Source: Amoebophrya sp. A120 (Eukaryota > Protista > Dinoflagellata). Taken from it: 64,000 nt of DNA. The notes below the pieces were generated by a model. That model searched no databases. It saw only the letters and a program-made list of their open reading frames with translations, and was not told the origin of the DNA. The position numbers and the translations under genes were made by a program. Positions 1 through 11,800 of the stretch are shown here, in pieces (position 1 is the first letter of the stretch; each line of letters starts with the position of its first letter). The stretch covers positions 3,757,697 through 3,821,696 of the forward strand of contig CAJINV010000005.1 of NCBI GenBank assembly GCA_905178155.1, written 5' to 3'.

Positions 1-140
1 CGGTGCGGAAACGCGGTGACGACGTTTTTCACCAGGAACCGCCCGTCGTAGGTTTTGTACTGCACGGAGTTGCAAAATTTCTCGTAGTCCCGCGTCTCCG
101 AGAAGGTTTTCACTGCCAGAAGAATCTCCGAAGCTGCCAT
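1..140 (-). CDS. 5' end of a gene running off the left edge (MAASEILLAVKTFSETRDYEKFCNSVQYKTYDGRFLVKNVVTAFPH...)
   Basis: ATG at 140-138, open frame to the window edge, GC3-rich codons like neighbouring genes; product not recognised. Confidence 0.5.
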   Translation of the reverse strand, partial: MAASEILLAVKTFSETRDYEKFCNSVQYKTYDGRFLVKNVVTAFPH

Positions 141-983
141 GATTGCGCTGATTTTTCCTTGCTGGTTGTGGCTGAGTAGACTGGAGGCGTGAATTTCGTG
201 TATGAACTTAATGTATGGCAGCTTTTCGAAGTAGTTCTCGGAAAATAAGTATTGAAAATGAACAACCTAGTCAACTAACAGCTTGGGCCTCCAGCTGTTG
301 TACCCGTACGGAGGAGCAACAATCCGCCCCACTGCACGCCTCCGGTCCTCCACGCGCGACGAGGAAAGACTTCGAAAGAAAAGAGGGCAGCGAAGGGCGA
401 AGAGCTGACACTCTCACGATTTGTAGTTTCCCTCTCGCTCTCGTTTTTGGTGGGTACCGTCGAGTCTCCTTCGAGGTTCGCTCAAAGTTAGGACTTCTAG
501 GGTACCTAGTCGCGAACGAAGAGGACAAAGCGAAAAAAGTAAAACCAGGTTGAGCGACAAAAATTCCAAAAGAAAAAACACGTTTATCCTTGATGTGGGC
601 GCGCCAAGTCTGTGTCTGCCACTCAGCACGAGCCCATGACCAGAATCTCGCTCTAACACTGAAGCACATGGCTGCAGGTCGTCGCGTCATGTCATGCCAA
701 GAAAAAAATCAAAAAAATTACAATGAATTGCAGTCACTCACGGTGAGCGGTTCCCAATTGGCATCATGTTGAATGCAGCTCGTCCGCGGCACGTTAACGT
801 TACCATATCAGCTGCACAAAAGACCTCGAATAGAGCAGGCGCTCATTCTTCGCTTGAAGTTTTACGTGGAAAAGAGGAAAGCAACCAACTCACTCTAGCG
901 ATGCCGATCCAAAAAATATAAGTTCCTACTTTTAGGCCTTTTAACGATCTAAAAAAGATTGATTTTGATGTTTATTTTTTGCA

Positions 984-2321
984 CTATTTCAACTCCCGGA
1001 TAAACTTCCGAATGCGGTCGTGTGCTTCTTTTACTTCTTTCCTGTTCGTCAGCCAGGTCATCATCGTGAAATCGATGCCGTTCAGAAACATGAAGTTGTG
1101 TACCCCGTTTTCCGCGGTATAGAGAGTTGCGTTCACCCCGTGCTCTTTCAAATCATCGTACAGCTGTTTCCCTACATCGACAAGCAGGTCCTTCCCACCT
1201 AACGTCACCAAAACCGGGATGTCGGTCAGAGTTTGCGCGAACATTTTCGGGTCGATCTTCGCGTGCCGGTGGTTCGACTCGTAGTTATCCTTTGCGGACG
1301 CAGCTCCGTGGTACAGCCGCCTGCTGAGCTGAAACACTTCAGGCGTCAGGAAGTCCCGGTAGTAGTTTTTGTGGGGGGAAAGCGGCGCATGGTAGCTGTC
1401 GTACACCGGGCAGTGGAGCAGAAGCGCGTCGGGCATAGGATTTTTGGGCGTTGTGAGGTTGTTGCTCGAATTCGCGTTTGCACTTGCACTTGTCCCCCGC
1501 CCGTCCTCCTGGGACAGAACATTAGCATTTTTCATGTCCATCGCCGCGCACAGCACGATATTGGCTCCGACGGAATCCCCGGACAGCACGATTTTCGCGG
1601 TCGGGTTCTTTGCCTTCAGATCCAGAAACACCTTCCGCACTTCTTTCACTTGCAACTCGTTCTCTACGCAGGCGTTTGGGTTCAATCCCGTCGTCGTGTA
1701 CCGCACCATGGCCCAAATGGTCGCGTTGTCGCTTGATGAATCGTGGTCCTTGCTTTTATGCAAAACCAGCGACCCGATCGAGTACGCGTAAAACCTGCTC
1801 GGCATGCAGAACCGAAAGCCGCCGACCGCGTGGATGACAATCGTCTTCGCGGTCTCGATGGAGACACCCGTCGGGGAATACAGATCGTAGGTGACCGGGC
1901 CGATGTTCAAGTTCGTGAGCTGCTGGGTAAAAACGGTATGACTAGTTGCCACATCGACGGTCGTTTTCATCTTTTCGACCTTCAGCACCCTCCTCCGACA
2001 GCAACTATTCAGTCTCGCCTGCAGGAAGCAGCCCAAACGCATGGTGTACCAGGGGAAGAGGACGTGGACTCGGGCGAGGGATAACGTGAAACTGACAAAC
2101 GTGATGGAGAAGACCTGCCACAGGTTGCCCCGGTTGCACGCGAAGTCGGTGCATTTCCGGAAAATAGAGATAGGGATGGAGAAAACTAGCCCGAGGGGAA
2201 TGAGCAGGCTCCACAGGGAAAAGGTCCAGAAACGGGTGAAAAACGACGCGTGATTCCAATTAGAGGAATCCCCCTCAGAAATGAGAGACGGCGCCGGAGG
2301 CGGGGCGGACGAAGACGACAT
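984..2321 (-). CDS. alpha/beta hydrolase, hormone-sensitive-lipase/esterase-like, with N-terminal hydrophobic segments
   Basis: 445-aa intronless ORF; nucleophile elbow LSGDSVG, HAVGG in place of the HGGG oxyanion motif, downstream GGKDLL (Asp) and GVHNF (His). Confidence 0.85.
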   Translation of the reverse strand: MSSSSAPPPAPSLISEGDSSNWNHASFFTRFWTFSLWSLLIPLGLVFSIPISIFRKCTDFACNRGNLWQVFSITFVSFTLSLARVHVLFPWYTMRLGCFLQARLNSCCRRRVLKVEKMKTTVDVATSHTVFTQQLTNLNIGPVTYDLYSPTGVSIETAKTIVIHAVGGFRFCMPSRFYAYSIGSLVLHKSKDHDSSSDNATIWAMVRYTTTGLNPNACVENELQVKEVRKVFLDLKAKNPTAKIVLSGDSVGANIVLCAAMDMKNANVLSQEDGRGTSASANANSSNNLTTPKNPMPDALLLHCPVYDSYHAPLSPHKNYYRDFLTPEVFQLSRRLYHGAASAKDNYESNHRHAKIDPKMFAQTLTDIPVLVTLGGKDLLVDVGKQLYDDLKEHGVNATLYTAENGVHNFMFLNGIDFTMMTWLTNRKEVKEAHDRIRKFIRELK

Positions 2322-3863
2322 TGGTATTGGTTCAGTTGGTTTAATATTGCTTTTGTGGATTACAGCATGAGCATAAATCTAACAACCCAAACCCAATAGA
2401 TACAGATAATGTAACGGGATGACACAATGCGAACTACACGCTCACTGCCCCCTAAGGCTAAGGCTTCACCTGTGCTATCTAATAAAGGAAAGTATCATTC
2501 TGTCGTAAGAAGCTAGAGGGTAATATTCTATTGACGCAGAGCACGGCTGGGCACCCATACGCGTCGTAACACCGAGCGTTTTGTTTTCATAGTGGGAGAG
2601 ATCCTTTTCTACTCTCGCTTCGACCAACTCATTTCTGCCTTGGCTCACGTCATGATAATATTATCTCTCACTTACACAAGCACAACGAGTGGTGCACACG
2701 ACATGTATTCTTCTTTTCGTCACTTTGGTCCTTTTTCCAAGGCCAAAAAACCTGAAACTCCTTCATCCTTGTTGTGTTCTGTTGATCAGCTCTGGACCAT
2801 CTCGCTTCAGCGCAATGTGCCCCCTCGACGAACACAAGAGACCGCTGTCCACTGCGCATGGTGTCTACCGCACACGTAGACGTCTACAAACTGCGGTCGT
2901 GCTTCCTTCTATAAATCAATGCGCTCTCTCTTTACAAAAAATCTTCGTTTTGGAAATTTTCCGATTAGGATAAGCAGTTGAATGTGCAGATTGATGCTGA
3001 TCCGAGAATTTGCATGACCTCGTAGACCAGATAAAAACGTCGTGTGTCGAGGGTTTCAGGAGCATAGTAGATGAAGCACTAGCTCAGAGTCGGAAGTTTC
3101 ATTTTTTCCATAAAAGAATGAAAATGCGAGCGTTGTAGGAGATCCGATCATATTTTTTGTATTGATGTTGCAACCGCTTCGTGTAAGTAGAAAATCAAAA
3201 CGAAAGCCATTTAGAAGACTCCAGTATAATAAATGAGCAGTCGCTCGCTGCAATGAATACACATACAGAAGGTCGTGCACATGCTGACGTTTCATTACCA
3301 AGCAAGCACTCGATCGTGTGGAAGGGATGTCGATCTTTAAGCAATAGGCTTGTTCTAGTACTACTTTATCTGTGGTGGAGAGAGACTGTCAGAGAGGAAT
3401 GCCTGCGAGAAATTACTCGGAACGACTCCTGCAGTGATGAATTTGAATCGTGAGAGTAGATCGGGGCCGAATCATAACGAAAGCCGAGAAACAGCCGCGC
3501 GCCTCAAGGATTTTGTGTTGTAAGTATTTCTACCTACTTTCAAACGTAAGCGTTGCAGAATCTACAGGAAGACCTCACTGCAAATCTATCTGGCGTAGCT
3601 TCCTCAGAAGCCGGTCACTTCGGTTGTATTGGAAGTTCTTAGCTGTACTTCGAAGGACGTTCCTTGATGAGGCAGAAGCAGTTCCTTAACCCTAAGCGTA
3701 AGCCTAAACCGATATAAAGCAAGCAGAAGCCAGCCGGGTGCATCTTCATCATCATCGATCCTAGTACCTGCAGATTTAAAAAATCGTAAATATATTAAAG
3801 TGCAATTGATGTACTCGCTCTATTCCCCGAATGGAGGTAATGACAGAACCCCGCTCTCCTTGT

Positions 3864-6800
3864 TCAAAACTCCGGCCAATCGTACCAAATACGTTTGGAC
3901 CCATCACCGTACTCCTCGCTGAACAAGTCCCAGCTTCCGCACGGCCACGCCAAAAATTTTGTCTTCTTCGCCGAGTTTACTTCCGCTTGTTCCCCCGCCA
4001 CGAAGTCCATCCGCTCCCCCGCATCCGCATCCAACAACGACAGGCAGCTATTCACGATGGCGGTGTTCCGGGCCTGTATTCAAAGGAAATTTCCTGCACG
4101 CGCACAACTTTGAACGCGTCTTCTGCATGACAGAGAGTTTCTTTAATTCTATTCAGCATGGCAAGCGATGCGCTCCAGGGGTGCTCTAGATTTGTCACGC
4201 ATTTTGCACGTGTGCAGGAAGTTTGTACTTATTGCATAACCTGGATCGGCAAGCCACACAAACTCGCCCCACATTCGGTTATCTCACAGACCCATAGCTC
4301 CGGCTCCTTCATCGTCTCCTTGTTCCAGACCACATGGTAATCAAACCGCCCGTTGCTGGGACAGTTCAACTCCGGCCACTCACTGTGGTACCAGGTGAGC
4401 CACTTCCGCGTCAATTCCTTCGCCTGCTCCTCCATCTTGGCTTGAAGGATTCCGTCACCACCCCAAATCGCTTCCAACGCCTGCTTCGGGGTCTGGTTGA
4501 TGTGTCCCGTCATATCCAACCCCGCGTTGTTCACGTTCGACTCGATCCCCATGTAGGCGACCTTCATGTCAAAATCCCCGTTTCGCGTCAGGTCCATTTC
4601 CTTTTGGACGTTGTAGAAGTTGTGTTCCGCACAGTTTGAGATTTCCGCCGCGTCGTAGCCTGAAAGCTTAAATAAATGCTCCATGTCGCGTATCTGGTCC
4701 CGCAACTCTTGGATCTGTGCGTCAATGGAATTTACTTGTTTTTTTTTGTAGATGTCAAATACTTACAAAAGTTAAAAAGCTCATTTTACTCTGCTACTTT
4801 TTCAGAATTCATTGTATACGGAGTTCGCGTTTTTCGGAGCTCCTGGGTATTCGTATTCATAAAGCAAATCACTAACGACCGCTGAGTCAAGGAAGACAGC
4901 AAATGTACGAAAACTATTGATCTTTACCTTTTTCTCTCCTGTCGAATAACTTTCCATAACCGTGCCATCATCTTCTGCTGGCACCATCACGACATCGTCC
5001 TTTCCGATGTTCACTGCAACAGCATCCCGAGTCAACAGCTTTTCGTTTTCCTTCTCCAACACATCCAACTTCCGCTTCACGTCCACCAACGGCTTCTCCA
5101 ACCTCTTCATCTCCCGCCGCTGCACAAAATCCGTCGGAACCACCGCGCGACTTTCCTTCGGCACCCCGAACGCGTGGATCCGCAGTTCCGCGATGCGGTC
5201 CGGCACCAACTCCTGCACGATCACCGACGTCGCAATCTGGCCCTTGTGGCAGCAGATCATGGATTCCAACTTTTTCGCCAAATCCTCCGCCCCGTGCCAC
5301 ACTTTGACGTCTACGCCCATCCAGGAAAAACCGAGTTTCACCACACCGGACATCATTTGGCTTTCTTCTTTGGTCGTTCCTTGGACAGCCTCGTCGTCAG
5401 GAGGAGGTAGGGGACTGTCGTGGGCTTGTTGGACGAGGATCTGCTCCCCTGCATCACCCGCGGCACCCGAGTTGGTCGAGGCGGGGGATTCATCACTGGT
5501 TGTACTGTCAGAGTTCAGAGTGACGACCGGCTCCAGCTGCTTCACTAGAGAAATACAACCCTTCTTGTAGCTCATCTTCTTCGCCTGATCTACTTCACCA
5601 ACCAGCGGAACACTCGGCACTATCGGTTCATTTCCCCAGACGTTCTTCCGGATCATTCGCAGTGCGTTGATGGCGTTTTTCGCGGCCTTCAGACTGTCCT
5701 TCTTGATACTGGTCGCGTACACCCGGGTGGTCGCCGGGGTTTTCAATTCCCGATTCTGGCACCCCGCGTTGTAGTACTGTTTCCCACACAGTTGCCGGTA
5801 CAAATGCGAGGGCGCCGGGTACCGGGTATGAATCTCCGTGTTCTCCATTTGCCGCATGAACTCGAAAAACACGGACTCCTTCACCATCCCAGCGTCACTT
5901 TTCGGGTGCCGGTTTTCCGGACCGAACTCCCGCTCCGCCGGCCACAAGTAGTACAGCCCGCACTTCGCCTTCCCGACGAGCAGATCAGCGAAGGGTCGAC
6001 GCTTGCTGCAGCTCTTGGTCGTAGTGGAAGATGGATCATGCTGGTCAAGAACATGCTCCTGCAGCTGCGCCAGCTGCTGCATCTTCACGACGCTTGTTTG
6101 ATGTAGTTGCTCCACCTTCTTCTTCTCCTCCGGCAAATGCAAAACGTGCTGTTGCACGAAACTCGTCAAACACTCTTCGTCGAAGCAGAACAGTTCGTAA
6201 CATTCAAAGCGATTCCCCACCGCCGCCTTCACCCCGGCCTGCTCGATCAACGAGTAAACCGGCCACTCCTGGGTGATTTTGTACTCGGACTTTCGCTTGT
6301 CAGACCAGTAATCGAACCAACGCAGGATGAACAGGCTGAGATCGATCTTGTTTTCCACAGGAGCCAGTTGTTGCTTCTCGTCAACACGGATTTTGTTTCC
6401 GTCTTTCTCGGCTTTCCCGTTCAGGAGTTGCTGGTGGTCGACATCAACCATCTCAACCTCGGTGGTCCCCGTTAATTCCACGGACTGCAACAGCTCGACA
6501 TTCACCTGAAGGAGTGGGGGATACTAATAGATGCTATACGCATCTTGGTTGACACACAACAGTCACTCACTGGCGTTTTTATTTGCCATCAAAAAGAAAA
6601 ACAAAAAGCATATTGCAATCATGTTGAACAAAAGTTCTTTGGTATAAGAGACTAAATTTGTGCAACACTATCTAGTACCTTATCGTACACCCGATACTGG
6701 AACTTTTCATCCACGTAGCCCGATCCCGCCTCCACGAAGCAATACTTTTCCGCCGGGACCACGACTAAACCCTTGACCACAGAGTCCGGAATCTCCGTGT

Positions 6801-7795
6801 TGCGCTCGTAGAGAAAGTCGACCACCTTGCCCTCAACCCAGCCGTGCGCGAGGCCCCAGATCGGACGCAGCATGTACTCGTGCTTGGTAGTAGTTTCCTG
6901 CTGGTCGACGGAAGTGGTTGCAGTGTCGGTGATATTAGCCTCGGCGGAAGCAGCTGTTTTCGGGTGCATACACATAGTATGAAACATGGTCATTTTGAAT
7001 TAATTTGATGAACATCAACGTGCCCGCGAACACGTGCGTGCTTTATCAAAAGAAGAATCAGAGTCAAAAAGCGTCCTACCATGATCATCTCTACTTAGAC
7101 TTACCCTGATTGTCCTTGCGCCGGATTTTCAACTCCGGCTGCTCGAGTTGTTCCGAATTACTATTCAAAGCGGCCGAAGGAGCTGCTCCGTCGTCACCGG
7201 CAGTTTTTGCAGTAGAAGTAGTCGTTTCCATCGCCACGACGGGGCGACCCCCGCCACCGTTATTTGTCGTGATGGACATCGAAATTTCGACTCCCGCGAC
7301 CTTCGCCGTCATGTTGGTGGTGGTAGAAGTTTGGTTCTGTTGTCCTCCCAGCAGGAGCTCTGGCGCTGCAACAAGCTGCACATTGGGAACGTTGTTCCCC
7401 CCGTTCGTGGTCACTGTGCCGGTCTGATCCACGGCACCAATACTCGGAACAACAACCACCGCAGGAGCTCCATCGCTACTAGCTGCAGTAGCCGACCCTC
7501 CAGCATCCTGCATCTTTTTTCCCGCTCCCTTGGTCTTCGCCTTCACCTCTCTGTGTTCAAACTGGTGGTACGCCCGGTCGGCGAGGACGTAGCGCCAGAC
7601 TTTGCTGTAGTGGCAGTCGTAAAAGAACGAGACTTTACTGCCGATTTGGTACTCGGAAAATTTGTCGTTGGTGACGTTCTTACCGACGGTTTCAGCATTG
7701 TCTTGCGCCAATTCTTGGATTGGTTGCTGATTCGGGACGGTCGCTGGCTGTGGGTCGGGGCCAACGCCGCCAATATTGTCCGTCACCGGCAGCAT
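3864..7795 (-). CDS. five-exon uncharacterised protein with an ATP-grasp-like C-terminal half
   Basis: ORF segments join in frame through GT-AG introns 6954-7104, 6506-6678, 4715-4927 and 4074-4240; motifs GVVKLGFSW, VIVQE, ELRIH, RFD...LWVCEITECGASL resemble the ATP-grasp motif order (fold is an inference). Confidence 0.65.
4077..4238. mobile_element. introner element (162 bp) forming GT-AG intron 4074-4240
   Basis: TAT...ATA ends; degenerate TIR (AAATTTCCTGCACGCGCA vs AAACTTCCTGCACACGTG); sense-strand direct repeats CAGGT/CAGGC; removal joins GLPIQ to ARNTAIV. Confidence 0.8.
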
Positions 7796-8871
7796 GTGAG
7801 GACGAGGAGCGTGTTGTGCCTTGCGGGGGCCTTCCGCTGGTGTGCGCCTCTTGTTGCAAGATTAGCGAAATATTTGGGTGTGTGTGCGTGTGAGCAGATT
7901 CTTCAAGAAGAGTCCAAGTTTGTTCTTCGCTTGATGTCTTTGTAGAGATATAAAAGTTCGAGTTGTGTCTCAAGACTTCTACGAGTAGAAAATCTGAGGC
8001 TTTTTCTCTGCGGTAGTTTCTCGTATTTCTATAACCCTTCTAATTTACTATGTTGTGTCAGATGAGCAGACGCATCACAGCTGTTGATTTGTTCGACGAG
8101 TTAATGTCTACGGGACCCTAAACCCTTGTCCGACACTTCTCATCTACATCATCGATTCGTAATCGTATCATTTCATTGATTGATTGTGAATGTCTGCATC
8201 ACCATTGGTATTTTTGGAATGGGGATCGCTTTCGTGGAGGCTGGTCAATGGAATGGGGATCGGTTTTGAGTGGGGGTGGAGTGTCAAGTACTCAGACTCT
8301 CGGTCTCATTTGCAGAGATTGCGTGACCCTTTACTTCTGACTGTGTTAGTGTTTCTCGCCCTTGTTGCAAAGCAGCTGTAACCAACGTTGACCATGACTT
8401 TTCTGATTCCGAATTTATTTTTTGCGTGAAGATGTCCCAGTGGCAACTGCGCACGCTGCTCATCTTCACTCTTGACAATTCTTTTTTTAAATCTTGCGAG
8501 AAAAAAAGTATCAGATTCAAAACCCCCCGCAAACAAATAATCATTATGACAGCCATTCTTCAGGTGCAAAAGCGTTCATCTTAATAGTAGCGGCACAGCT
8601 AAGGGCGAATTATCAACTACATCAAGTCGCTTCTTGAACAACTGACATGATTCCCTTGACACTTTGGGTCTTCGTTCACCAAACAGATCTCCAAAAATTC
8701 AACGCGCCGAAACAACCATGTAGTCAGTTTTCAATTTCGCGGGGACGGTTGCAGTACCGAGAACGACATCTATATCGCATCTTCCAGAAGCTTCCTCGTC
8801 TGTGTTTTGTTCTTCTCCTTTACTATAAAATCAATGCACCAGTGCAAGAAATATATCATGAGGTTATCTTA

Positions 8872-11800
8872 TCACGACATAATTTTTTCCATTGACATCA
8901 GCACTCCGGGTATGTTGATTTCCTTTTTCCGTTCTTGTGCCATCACCTTCGCGGCTTCCCGGCACAATTGAGCCAGAGAGGTTGGGAGGTTGGATGTCAC
9001 CAGGGCGGAGGTGGTTGTATCCTTTTTCGTGTTGACTTTGTCCTGAACCTGGTCCTCGGAGAAGAATTCGTCCGCATCAAAGTTTTCATCGTTGTGCAGC
9101 TTCGGAATGGAGACATGAAAGAATTCCAGTGCGGGAAACAGAATTTGTCGGTCATGGTCTCCATCTCCTAGTACTTGTTGACTATTGCCACTACCTCCGC
9201 CAAGAATCGTCCGCAAAAACATTCCAACCGCTTGAAAGCTCAAGACAGACTGGTCAAACTCCAAAATCCTTAGCTCTCCGGCGAATGGAGGTTCAGGGCG
9301 TGCCCTGCGGGTCTTCTTTTTCACGTCCTTCTTTTGTTTATTCGGTGCAGCTGGGGGTTGTATTCCAGCAGCGCTAGTACGACGACCCTTATCTTCGTTG
9401 GGCTGAAGTTTTACTACCTGCACAACCTCCTGACAGAGCCTTAGCAACGCTTCGCTCGTCAAAGACTCGTCGACGGCAAGATGTTCTAGTGTTTTGTGAC
9501 TGTGCAAAATCGTCCGAATCAGCTTTGCGATCACTGCAGGCGAGAGGGTGCGACGCTGAGCTTGACTTTTACAGCTGCTTCTGGGCGAATCGATGTTGTG
9601 GAAATCTGTTTTCGTACCCGCAGCAGTTTGCTGCGCCAGCAGCTCTGCCTCGTCGTATTGTCGCTTGTTTATCTTCCGCCCGCAGACAGTGCCGATAATC
9701 AGCTTTGGTGGTAGCTGGAATTGTGCTCGATCGGTGCGCAACAAATCGTGTCCTCCTCTCGTTTGCTGGTAGTTCCTAGCACTGGTCCCACCCGCTGCTC
9801 TAGTACTCCTCGTATTAATAGAACTTCCCTGTACTGCGCCCCGTCCCCGTCTTACACTTACTCTTACTGTGGTTTTCACATGACCTTCACGACTCAACAC
9901 AGACGGAAGAGGAGCTCCCACCTGCTGTTTCTTGCTTCCGAGAGTCATCAACATCGACTTTTCCAACTCTGAACAGAAATCCTCCACCTGGCACTCGAAC
10001 TCGAACACCAACTCAAGACACTTCAAGTTTTCTCCAAAAAGCGGGAGAATGACCTTCAACGTTTCCGCAATCGCGCCGTTTCCGGAAATGACCAGCCTTT
10101 CCAACGTGTCCGCGTGCGCGGCGCAAACGAACGCGAAACGTTCGAGACTATGCCAACTACCCGGCTCCAAGACGGTGGCGTAGTGCAGTTCGGACAAGTT
10201 GGGTGCTTTTAGGTGTGCGAAGGTGGCATCGGAAATTCCGGTATCCGGTGGGAGGTGGTGGATCAGGTGTTGAACAAGTTCACGGTCGGAAGTTTTACGG
10301 TCTTGCTGTGCTAGGAATCGTCGTTTAATTGTTTTGACCGGTTTTGCAAAAGTTTGGTCTTGTTGTCGTTGTGGATTCGGTGTCGTTTCGGTACTATTGT
10401 CCATTGCTTCTTGTAGTAGTTTTTCTTCTTCATCTGCTCCAGAAATATTCACCACAGCCAGCTGCTGTCTCAGCTCCATCGGGACGTAGTCGTGTTTCTT
10501 TATCGCGTCTCCAAAAACCGATATTTTCCAATTATCGTATGATGTTGACGATTTTTCGCAAGAGCTGCTGCATTTCTTGTTGAGATCAACATTTTCTCGT
10601 CGAAAATTTGCGGTCGTTTCCCGATGATCGTTCGTCCCGATGTAGATGAAGTCTAAGTCATCTCCTCCACCGCCTGCCCCTTGGTATTCCGCTGCTTCCA
10701 AACTCATTTGCTTCATCTGGCGCAGTTCACACGCTTGCATCGCAGCAACGACTTTCGCGACCCTCTCCTGAAAGAGCACGACTGGGGTTGTAGTAGGAGA
10801 GGTCCCGCCTTTCGTAGATTTACTTTTGTTCTCGTCCAAACACTTCGTCACGAGCGAGTCCAGAGCGTCCACGTTGCGCTCCAGAGAGGACAGCGTCGTT
10901 GGATTGTGATAAAGATGAAGCTCCTCGTCTTCGTCTTCGGTGATTCCAACCCGCTTTACTTCCGGTGGTCTGTGATCTCCATTACTATCGTCCCCTTCCA
11001 GCAAGTCCTCTGCCCGGAAGAACTCCGCATCCGTCGCGGAACTGCCGTTCACTATCGCCTCATGCAACCGCTCCGCTTGATCGCAAAGCCGCCGCCGCTT
11101 GTCGACTTGTTCCCGAAGGTTATCTAGTCGCTCTGGCTTGCTGGAGTGGCAGACGAACGATTGCGTGTGTGACGAGAAGTCGCTCTTGATCCTCTTTTCG
11201 CGGCTTCCGATGACGTCTCCACCCAAAATCTGTTTCGCGTTTTTTTGGTCCTGCTGTTTGACAACTTTTAAAACCGGCCCGCCTGGTCGTGCAAATCCTG
11301 ATGATGCGACGGGCACTTCATCTCCTGGCGCATCAACACCTCCCGGTGGTGAAGATGATCCACGTAGTAGAACATCAAGCCGAAGCTCTTCCATCTCCTC
11401 TTGCAGCACCAACTTTTCATCCTCGAGCAGAATAGCCGCTTTTGCCTCGTCAAGCTTCTTCTGCAATTTCGCGCCCACGGCCGCGACGACGGTGTCTACT
11501 TTAATATTCGTCACACTGTTCAGGGAGGAGACTGTGCTTGCGCGGCGTCTGGTTAATGTGGGCGCGAAGGGGTAGGCTTTTTGGGGAGGGCCTCCACCTC
11601 CTCCTGCAGCTGCGGTATGTGTATGTGTGTGTCTTCCACCACACGAAGCTACGGCGGAACCGGAAGTAGAAGTAGGGGCATCTTCACGATTTACAGTAAT
11701 GTTAGACGTCGCACCGTATTGACTGGCAGCTGACCACAGCAAGTGCCGGATCTGTTCGCGGTCTGGCACGCCCGGAACCGAGAAAAATCCAGCTCCTCCA

